From NCBI RefSeq assembly GCF_030405905.1, contig NZ_JASATW010000040.1, forward strand, positions 5,008 to 29,007: DNA of 24,000 nucleotides, given 5' to 3'. Below the pieces are notes generated by a model, which saw nothing but the letters and a program-made list of their open reading frames with translations, ran no database searches and had not been told where the DNA came from. This stretch comes from Sphaerothrix gracilis Ecp01. Lineage in GTDB: Bacteria > Cyanobacteriota > Cyanobacteriia > Phormidesmidales > Phormidesmidaceae. Position 1 is the stretch's first letter, and each line of letters begins with the position of its first letter. Positions 15,173 to 23,400 of the stretch are shown piece after piece. A program made the translations under genes and the position numbers.

Positions 15173-15985
15173 ATGTCTCTCACCATCCGCCGCACCCCCC
15201 GCCAATGCCGAGGCTACCCGGAACCCCTTTTAGAGATTACCGATGCCCTACCCCTGCACATGGTGCTCATCCCTAGCGGCACCTTCACGATGGGCTCCCC
15301 CGACGATGAACCCGATCGCAAAGATAATGAAGGGCCGCAACGAGAGGTCACCGTGCCGACGTTCTTTCTAGGCCGCTACCCGGTCACCCAAGCTCAATAC
15401 GAAAAGGTTATGGAGACGAATCCAGCCACTCGGTACGAGGCAGACCGACTTGTTGCCCCTAACAAGCCTATTGTCGGTGTGAGCTGGCAGGATGCGGTCG
15501 AGTTTTGCGATCGCCTGGCTCAGCTCACGAGCCGTCCCTACCGCCTGCCCTCAGAAGCGGAATGGGAGTACGCTTGCAGAGCGGGCACAACCACCCCCTT
15601 CTACTTCGGCAGAACCCTGACCGACGAACTCGCCAATTACCGAGCCTCGGCAACCTATGCAGAGGGTCCAGCGGGGCAATTTCGTAACGAAACGACGCCA
15701 GTAGACCATTTCGATGTCGCCAATGCCTTTGGTCTGTCTGATATGCACGGCAATGTCTATGAGTGGTGTCAGGACAACTGGCACGCCACCTATGAGGGGG
15801 CTCCTACTGATGGCAATGCTTGGTTAATCGGTGGAGATAAAAGGTATAAAATTATACGTGGCGGTTCCTGGGACGACAGCCCGGGGTACTGCCGCTCCGC
15901 GTTCCGCAACGTGGGCAACCCGGTCAACCGCTACATCAGCATCGGTTTTCGGGTTTGTTGTTCGGCCCCCAGGACTCTTCAGTAG
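15173..15985 (+). CDS. FGE-sulfatase domain protein, DGR target 4.
   Basis: The track ORF starts at 15014. I prefer the in-frame ATG at 15173 (MSLTIRRTPRQ...), which gives 270 aa like its paralogs. Motifs present: [73 protein letters not shown]. Confidence 0.88.
   Translation: MSLTIRRTPRQCRGYPEPLLEITDALPLHMVLIPSGTFTMGSPDDEPDRKDNEGPQREVTVPTFFLGRYPVTQAQYEKVMETNPATRYEADRLVAPNKPIVGVSWQDAVEFCDRLAQLTSRPYRLPSEAEWEYACRAGTTTPFYFGRTLTDELANYRASATYAEGPAGQFRNETTPVDHFDVANAFGLSDMHGNVYEWCQDNWHATYEGAPTDGNAWLIGGDKRYKIIRGGSWDDSPGYCRSAFRNVGNPVNRYISIGFRVCCSAPRTLQ
15856..15980 (+). repeat. DGR variable repeat VR4.
   Basis: By hand alignment to the TR, about 14 substitutions fall at TR adenines and 2 fall elsewhere. 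Confidence 0.9.
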
Positions 15986-16030
15986 CCCTTTATACTCTTG
16001 CCCTTTTGCTCTTTACAGAGAAAAATAAGC
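15981..16030 (+). promoter_or_regulatory. Conserved post-VR element, copy 4.
   Basis: AGTAGCCCTTTATACTCTTGCCCTTTTGCTCTTTACAGAGAAAAATAAGC. CTCT-TTAC-AGAG can form a short stem-loop where copy 3 has CTCT-GC-AGAG. Confidence 0.5.
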
Positions 16031-16403
16031 ATTTGAGGAATTTCGCATCGTAGTTCAATGGCTCATGAAGGTCTCAAGAGAGTACCGGCTTGGGAGTAAC
16101 GAGCGTCTCCAAATGGGCGAGATACACAGGAAGCCGCTACAGCTACCGCAAATCCTAGCTCTAGAGTATGCGGAAACTCAATATTTTCAGATGAAGTCAT
16201 TCGTAGACGCGACATAAGACCTGCAGTTATGTCTGAAGACACTCGCTCGTCACTCAGCCAAGCGGAAACTATCAAGTGTCAAGCGTTTAGCGTGACGCGA
16301 CAGCAAGATAGTCGAGTTGGCAGATCTGTGAGCGTGATCGGCAACGTCTGCCCCCTTGTTGCGACACCTGCGATCAAAATGACAACTATGATCGCTAATG
16401 CGG

Positions 16404-17207
16404 TCAAGCTCGGGCTGAAGGATTGGCTTCAGTTGAGCGAGTGGCTGCGGCGCGTTTGCGATAGCTATCGGTATGGATTTCGACAATCAAGGCATGATGC
16501 ACGAGACGATCTACCGCCGCGACCGTCATCATGTCGTCGGCAAAAATGGTGTCCCATTGACTGAAAGGCTGATTGGCCGTGATTAAAAGACTGCGCCGTT
16601 CATAGCGATGGGCAATGAGCTCAAAGAGGACCAAGGTTTCGGCTTCTGACTTTTTGACGTAGCCAAGGTCATCAATGACTAGCAGATCAAAACGGTCCAG
16701 CTTGTGGAGCAAAGCGGGCAATTGCAACTGCAACTGCAACTTAGCCTGCTGCAATTGCTGTACCAATGCCGTCGCAGTGAAGAATTTAGCCCGTTTGCCG
16801 AGTTCGACAATAGAGCGCGCCAAGGCTGCCGCCAAATGAGTTTTGCCGACACCGGAAGGCCCGAAGATTAAACAGTTTTCGGCGCGCTCTAGCCAGCCGG
16901 TATCCGTGGCCAGTTGCATCAGCGGCAGCGGATTGAGCTTTGGGACATGGTTCTAGTCAAAGTTGGAAACCGTTTTGGCGGCGGGGAGTTGGGCCTCTTG
17001 CAGGGCGCGTTTGAGGCGCACACTCCAGCGTCGGTCCACCTCCAATTCGCAGAGTGCCAGTCAGAATTGAGCGTAAGACCACTGTTCTTGCATGGCCTGG
17101 TGTTCGAGGGTTTCCCAGTGCTGGAGCATGTGAGAGAGGCGGGCAGGCCAGTAGGTTGCTTGAAAATAAACTCGTCCCGGACTTTGAGGTGTAATCGTGC
17201 GTTTCAC
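16404..17207 (-). pseudogene. istB: IS21-family istB (AAA+ helper ATPase) pseudogene with two in-frame stop codons.
   Basis: The intact 171-aa ORF (16404-16919) contains WLERAENCLIFGPSGVGKTHLA (Walker A) and FDLLVIDDLGY (Walker B). Reading the same frame upstream gives VKRTITPQSPGRVYFQATYWPARLSHMLQHWETLEHQAMQEQWSYAQF*LALCELEVDRRWSVRLKRALQEAQLPAAKTVSNFD*NHVPKLNPLPLMQLATDTGW. The stops are a TGA at 17063-17061 and a TAG at 16955-16953. A GTG start at 17207 would give a normal ~267-aa IstB. Confidence 0.8.
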
Positions 17208-17338
17208 AGTGCCCTGCCGACGGAAATGTCTTCGGCGTTGAGGTGGGAAGATCGGTCGATAAGTACATAGAGGTATTTCTCATGGACGGTTTGCAGGTGT
17301 AGGGAAAATGCTTGGTCGTGATTGAACTGGATGAGTCG
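17204..17338 (-). pseudogene. Possible C-terminal fragment of IS21-family istA; the rest of the gene is missing.
   Basis: The minus-strand frame reads ...QFNHDQAFSLHLQTVHEKYLYVLIDRSSHLNAEDISVGRAL*, with its TGA overlapping the putative istB GTG (GTGA), the usual istA/istB junction. Only ~45 codons remain before the neighbouring gene's stop at 17339. The assignment is by position only. Confidence 0.35.
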
Positions 17339-17725
17339 CTAAAGATTCAGCAAGGCGTTGCCGTGTACAAACATCTGCGGGTCTTCCGAGACGACCATCC
17401 ATTGGTTGCAGCCCATGTCCCAAACCTCGCCTCTGACCATGACTTTGGTACCAACGGTTAAGTCTGTGATGATTTCACTTTCAAAGCCATAACCTGCTCG
17501 CAGGGGTGTAGTTGTGATAGTGACGGCAGCGTGATACTGATGAGGTGCCAAGGGCACCAACTCTCCGATGCGGAAGCCGTCTGCCCAGGTAACATCGGGA
17601 CAAATCTCGGTGATGAGAGGAGGTAAAGCTTGAGCGATATCAGTCGTATCTAAGGAAACGGATGTCATTTCAACAGGCAGTAACGTAAGGCAGGCGGCAA
17701 GACCGATGTGAGTTGCTTTCAGCAT
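17339..17725 (-). CDS. Hypothetical small protein with a hydrophobic signal-like N-terminus.
   Basis: 128-aa ORF starting MLKATHIGLAACLTLLPVEMTS. I recognise no family. Confidence 0.4.
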   Translation of the reverse strand: MLKATHIGLAACLTLLPVEMTSVSLDTTDIAQALPPLITEICPDVTWADGFRIGELVPLAPHQYHAAVTITTTPLRAGYGFESEIITDLTVGTKVMVRGEVWDMGCNQWMVVSEDPQMFVHGNALLNL

Positions 17726-17975
17726 GGTGATTTTCCTGAACTTTTCCTGAGGTCAGTATCGAAAGCAGAACGAATTTCTTCGAGGAAACTTGAGTGGGTT
17801 AAGAGAAAGTTGGTGGAAATTTTACCGTCGTGCTGCATCAGCGTTGCGGTTGGCTTCTATGACAACTGTTTCAGCGGCTAGGCAGTTACAGGAAAGATCG
17901 AATATTATCGATGCAAGCTTATCTAAATTTCCGATAACTTCCCGATCTCCCTGAGTCGTCATCTGCACCAACGTC

Positions 17976-20360
17976 ATGAGCAATCGTCAACGCGGTGTTG
18001 TCTTAACCGAGCACGGTCAGAAACGATTAGAAGCAGCGATCTCATCTGCCCAGGACGAAGTAAAATTCGGCAAGCGATTTACTCAAGAAGAAATTTCAGA
18101 ACGAGCTCGACTTAGCATAAAAACAATCAAGAAAATTCGCAGTTGCAGAGACCGAGTTGACAAGGCTTCGCTCTGTGATTTGTTTAAGGCTTTTGGTCTG
18201 GAATTAATTGCCTCAGACTTTGGTCAGCCAGAGGAATCAATAACGACTTCAGATACTGAGTTAACATGCGCAAAGCTTTCTTCTATTCTCATTGATATAA
18301 CAAGTAAGAATATTGATACTAAACTTGAAGCATCTATAAAAGAGACAATCGATCTAGTTCAAGACAACATTCAAAGCAAAGAAGCAGAATCTTTACTCGG
18401 CGTCTCTAATAAGTTTTATGATAGCATTCGAAACCATTGTCGAGAAAAGATCTTATACCTTTACAGTGAAATAAAATTACTCAATCACTACAAAATACGT
18501 GTCGAGAATATTTATGTCGACACCTATGTATTGGAAGGCATAGAATCAGGCTTATTTGCAACTGTTCCAGACTTAGTAAAGACAGAAACATCTATCAGTT
18601 CTTTTGAACGTATAGGTTTGGGTCTTCGAAAAAAAAGAATATCTGGGCTTGATGCAGTCAAGAAATTTCCTAGACTAATGGTTCTAGGAAAACCTGGAGT
18701 GGGCAAAAGTACTTATCTTAGATTTCTTGCAGTTGCATGTAGTCAAGAAAAAATATTCAAGGAAAAGATTCCCATATTAATCGAACTGAGAAGTCTGGAA
18801 AATCCCAATTCACTAAATATCAACGAAATAATTTGCAGAGAGACAGGTTTAAAAAATGTTCAAGATATTGAGAATGCATTCAGCGAAGGAAAATTTTTCA
18901 TCTTGTTAGATGGCTTAGACGAACTTTCGCAAAGCCAAAGAGAACATGTTCAAAGAGAATTAGATTTCTTTATCCAAATTTACTACAAGAACCGTTTTGT
19001 TATTACTTGTAGAACTCAAACAACTGAGTTTTTGATGGACAAGTTTGTTTATGTCGAAATAGCTAGTTTCAATTCTACCCAGATTTGTGAATTTTCTAAG
19101 AACTGGTTTGTCTCTCAATTTGGAAGTAAGGGAGATCAATTGCATGATTCATTTATCAATAAACTAAATCTTCCAAAAAATAAGCGGAATGCAGAACTAG
19201 CCACTACACCAATTCTGCTAAGCCTTATTTGCTGGATCTACTCTGATACAGGGAAATTACCTGAAAAAAAGCACAAGTTATATGAAAAAGGTCTCGACCT
19301 GCTTTTAGAGAAGTGGGATGAAGCTAGAGGGATTCATAGAGAGGTTAATAACGAAGCTTATAAACCGCTCAGTAAAGAAGATAAGCAAAATCTTTTTAGT
19401 TGTATTGCATTTGAAAAGTTCAGCAAAAAACAGCGAATACTTTTTGAGCTAGAAGAACTTTGCGAGCAAATAGCCAATCTGCTTAGAATCAAGGCTGATG
19501 AAGCACAATCAGTTTTGAAAGAAATCGAGTTTCAGCATGGAATAATTATTGAACGAGCACAGGATATATATTCTTTTTCTCACCTCACTTTTCAAGAATA
19601 CTTTGTCGCAAGGAAAATTTCAAAGTCTGATTTCTCAGAAAACTTTCGAGTTGTCCAGAAGAATTTTGGAGATCATGAATGGCGCGAGGTTTTTGTTCTT
19701 CTATTCGGCATTTTGAAAAAACCTGATGAAGCATTCATTTTGATTAAGAGAAGTATTGAAGCGCCAATCTTAGGTAATCCTAAGCTGCGAACATTCATTT
19801 ATTCTATAAAGCAGAAACCTTACTATCTAAGGAGCCAGAAGAAATCAGGTGCATTGAGAGTTGCATATTTGCAATTTGTACTTGAGTTGTTGCCATATTT
19901 AGAGGTTATTTATGACCATGGCTTCACCTTAAATCAGTCGTTCGCTAACGAGACTGACAAGCCTTTCAGCTTAGACTATGGCTTGTTGAATTGCTGTCAG
20001 TTGGTTCTTAGTAGAATTAAGGTAAATCAATTTACCCAAGGTCATTATTCTAGTCAGCTTGAATATAGCTTCTTTAACTCTTTTGAGCTTCTTAGAAAAA
20101 AACTTCCTGACCTAGGAAGTGCTTTTTTGAAGTGGTGGCCTGAGTTTGGGAGTGGTTGGCTTCAGGAGCTAAGAGATTTTATGAACGAATACCTGGAAAT
20201 AGATCAGTATTGGAATTTTTCACAGAGAGAGAAAGATATGATTTCACAATTTAGCTATTCTAGCGAACTTCTGTTGATATGTATCAATTTGTCGGATTTT
20301 GTCAGCCTTGAAATAAAAAGGGCGATTGAAAATGCTTTGCTAGATATTGACTTGAATTAA
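17976..20360 (+). CDS. NACHT-type STAND NTPase with an N-terminal XRE-like HTH domain.
   Basis: Walker A is MVLGKPGVGKSTYL and Walker B is FFILLDGLDEL. The FVITCRTQ and ELATTPILLSLIC motifs are typical of NACHT. The N-terminal ~85 aa (FTQEEISERARLSIKTIKKIRS) is HTH-like and homologous to the N-terminus of the next gene. The gene is markedly AT-rich and I saw no HIP1 sites in it. Confidence 0.85.
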   Translation: MSNRQRGVVLTEHGQKRLEAAISSAQDEVKFGKRFTQEEISERARLSIKTIKKIRSCRDRVDKASLCDLFKAFGLELIASDFGQPEESITTSDTELTCAKLSSILIDITSKNIDTKLEASIKETIDLVQDNIQSKEAESLLGVSNKFYDSIRNHCREKILYLYSEIKLLNHYKIRVENIYVDTYVLEGIESGLFATVPDLVKTETSISSFERIGLGLRKKRISGLDAVKKFPRLMVLGKPGVGKSTYLRFLAVACSQEKIFKEKIPILIELRSLENPNSLNINEIICRETGLKNVQDIENAFSEGKFFILLDGLDELSQSQREHVQRELDFFIQIYYKNRFVITCRTQTTEFLMDKFVYVEIASFNSTQICEFSKNWFVSQFGSKGDQLHDSFINKLNLPKNKRNAELATTPILLSLICWIYSDTGKLPEKKHKLYEKGLDLLLEKWDEARGIHREVNNEAYKPLSKEDKQNLFSCIAFEKFSKKQRILFELEELCEQIANLLRIKADEAQSVLKEIEFQHGIIIERAQDIYSFSHLTFQEYFVARKISKSDFSENFRVVQKNFGDHEWREVFVLLFGILKKPDEAFILIKRSIEAPILGNPKLRTFIYSIKQKPYYLRSQKKSGALRVAYLQFVLELLPYLEVIYDHGFTLNQSFANETDKPFSLDYGLLNCCQLVLSRIKVNQFTQGHYSSQLEYSFFNSFELLRKKLPDLGSAFLKWWPEFGSGWLQELRDFMNEYLEIDQYWNFSQREKDMISQFSYSSELLLICINLSDFVSLEIKRAIENALLDIDLN

Positions 20361-20427
20361 TTGCTATTGAGTGAGTCTAATTCTATTTGAATCGAATTAC
20401 TCATTATTATTAATTTTGTTTGAAGCT

Positions 20428-23400
20428 ATGAATCAAAGGTCGAATCGTTGTCGGGGTGTTATGTTGACACCACATGGGCTGAGCCGATTGGGCGAAGCAA
20501 TTTTGACAGCTCAAGATATTGAGAAATTCGGTGCCCATTTTACTCAGATCGAACTCTCGGAGCGGGCAAATCTCAGTATTAAAACCCTCAAGAAGATCCG
20601 AGACCTTTCAGCTCCTGTAGATGAAGCCTCAGTGCGATCATTTTTTCGGGCATTTGATTTGGAATTAGAAACTGCCGATTATGGCCGAGCTGAAAAATCT
20701 CCTCAACAGTCTGAGTCTCAAGCTAGCAATTCTGATCCGAGCCTCGCTCCTAAAATCGACTGGGGCGAAAAGCCCGATACCGCGATTTTCTTTGGGCGCA
20801 CGGAGGAAGTAGCGACGCTGGGCCAGTGGGTGATGGAGGAGCGGTGCCGAGTGGTGACGTTACTGGGGATGGGCGGCATTGGCAAAACGTCATTAGCGGC
20901 AAAGTTGGCAGATCAGATTTATGAGCAGTTTGACTATGTGATCTGGCGCAGCCTGCGGGAAGCGCCGCCGTTGGATGAAATCCTGGTACGGCTGATTCAG
21001 TTTCTCTCAGATCAGCAGGAGACGGAAATCAATTTGCCGAGTCGGTTGGGCGAGCGCATCATTCGCCTGCTGCACTATTTGCGGGAATATCGCTGCTTGC
21101 TGGTGCTGGACAATCTAGAGTCGATTTTACAGGCAGAATCAACGGGACAGTTTCGCAATGGGCATGAAGGCTATGGGGAACTGATTCACCGGATTGGGGA
21201 GGCGGAGCATCAAAGTTGTCTGCTGCTAACCAGTCGGGAATGTCCGCGAGAACTGGCTCTGATGGCGGGCAATCGCCTCCTCGTGCGTTTGTGGTCGGTA
21301 ACGGGTATTGACACTGACGCCGGACGGGAAATTCTGAAGACGAAGGGCCTGGAGTTAGAGGATGCGGATACCCAAGGCCAAGAGCTGATTCGTCGGTATA
21401 GCGGTAATCCCCAGGCATTGCATCTAGTGGCCACGGCAATTCAGCGGGAGTTTTTGGGGGATGTGAATGACTTTCTGGAAGAGGAAGGGGCCGCAGTTGA
21501 GGATGTGCACAGTCTGCTCGATCAGCACCTGACTCGTCTGGCTCCTTTGGAGCGTTCTATCTTGTTCTGGCTGGCGATTAACCGCGAACCCGTGGGACTA
21601 GATGAGTTAATGGAAGACTTGTTGCCGTCTGTGACGAAGCGGGAAGTGCGGAGTGCGTTGAGGGGGTTGAGCGATCGCTACTTGATAGAAACCGTGGGCA
21701 AGCAATTTACTCTACAAAACGTGATTATGGAGTTTGCCACAGATCGCTTTATAGAACAGATTGTTAGAGAACTAGAGACTCAAAAGTTCGATCTCTTTCA
21801 TACTCATGCTCTGATTAAAGCCACTGCTAAAGATTATGTGAGAGAAACCCAGATTCGATTGATCTTAACCTCACTGATAACTAAGTTTGACAACCTGAAA
21901 ATACAAGTAAATTCTGCCTTATTGTCTATCAAAAAAAACTCTTGCTGGCGTAAGGGTTACGCAGCTGGAAATCTATTAAATATACTTTGCCAAACCCAAC
22001 CTGAAGTTTCCCAATTTAACTTTTCTCAGCTCACTTTAAGGCAAGCTTACCTGAAGGGAATACGTCTCAACGCACTAGATTTAAGTAATACTAATTTTTG
22101 TAAGCCTGCGCTCACGTACCCCTTTGGGCAAGTTTATTCAGTTGCCTTTAGTCCTAATGGGAAATGGTTGGCTACTACTAGTAGCGATGCCACCATTCGA
22201 TTATGGAATATTGAGGAGCAATGTTGTGTTTACACACTCATCAGCAACATCTCTGGTTTCAATTTTGTGGCATTCAGTCCTGATGGGAAACAGTTAGTTA
22301 CACGTAGCCACGATACTAGTGTTCGATTATGGGATATTGAACAGCAGCAATATGTTCGTACGTTCACTGGGCACGAGGCTTGGGTAATTTCAGTTGCTTT
22401 TAGTCCTGATGGGAAACAGTTTGCCACGGGTAGTCAAGATACCACCGTGCGGTTGTGGGATGTTGCGCAGCAGAGATGTATCCATATCTTCATCGGTCAC
22501 TCAAAGATGGTGAGGTCAGTTGCTTTTAGTCCCGATGGAAAATATTTGGCTACAGGCAGTAACGATACCACCGTGCGGTTGTGGGATGTTGCGCAGCAGA
22601 GATGTATCCATATCTTCATCGGTCACTCAAAGATGGTGAGGTCAGTTGCTTTTAGTCCCGATGGAAAACATTTGGCTACAGGCAGTAACGATACCACCGT
22701 GCGGTTGTGGGATGTTGCGCAGCAGAGATGTATCCATATCTTCATCGGTCACTCAAAGATGGTGAGGTCAGTTGCTTTTAGTCCCGATGGAAAATATTTG
22801 GCTACAGGTAGCGGCGATACTACTATTCGTCTCTGGGATACCGGACAGCAACAGTGTATCCATACCTTTACTGGTCACACGGCATGGGTTAGATCGGTTG
22901 CCTTCAGTCCTAATGGAAAATGGTTGGCCACTGGTAGCCGCGACACTACTATTCGGCTGTGGGATCTTGAGCAGCAACAGTGCATCCATACCTTTACTGG
23001 TCACGCAGCTTGGATAATTTCAATTGCCTTTAGCCCCGATGGAAAATGGCTGGCCACAGGCAGCCGTGATGCTATTGTTCAATTATGGGATACCAGACAG
23101 CGACAGTGCATCCATACCTCCAATAGTCACACAGCTTGGGTCAGCACAGTTGCTTTCAGTCCTGATGGAAAATGGTTAGCCACAGGCAGCGGCGATACTA
23201 CCGTGCAGCTATGGGATATTGAACAGTGGAAATGTATTTATACTTTCAAAGACAACAATGATTGGATAATTTCAGTTGCCTTTAGCCCTAATGGGAAATG
23301 GCTGGCTGTGGGCACCGCCGATGCCACCTTACAATTGTGGGATATTGAGCAAATCCGATGTATCTACACATTTGACGGTCATTCGGCTGAAGTTATTTCG

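Noticed and set aside
4758-16028. A seemingly conserved family of small plus-strand ORFs (4758-4994, 10465-10704, 11329-11526, 14880-15149, 15831-16028), all starting MA.PG.TTRGT.APR.
   Set aside because: They are simply an alternative reading frame through the VR/TR repeat plus the conserved post-VR element. Their conservation comes from the DGR repeats, and each overlaps a well-supported FGS coding frame or the non-coding TR.
16063-16564. Three overlapping ORFs (16063-16275 -, 16229-16564 +, 16250-16486 -) between FGS target 4 and istB.
   Set aside because: They are mutually overlapping with no motifs, and one overlaps the istB 3' end. The region is probably degenerate IS21 terminal sequence, so I do not call it coding.
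16724-16740. A CTGCAA hexamer microsatellite.
   Set aside because: It encodes the QLQLQLQL stretch inside istB. It is a trivial short coding repeat in a pseudogene.
20371-20427. A GTG-initiated 19-codon extension of the NB-ARC-WD40 ORF (MSLILFESNYSLLLILFEA).
   Set aside because: It is an AT-rich, hydrophobic, low-complexity read-through. The ATG at 20428 aligns exactly with the start of the paralogous N-domain of the preceding gene.
22441-22818. Regularly spaced identical repeats, which could suggest a CRISPR array or a satellite.
   Set aside because: The units are 126 bp, contiguous with no unique spacers, and in frame within a WD40 protein. They are coding repeats.
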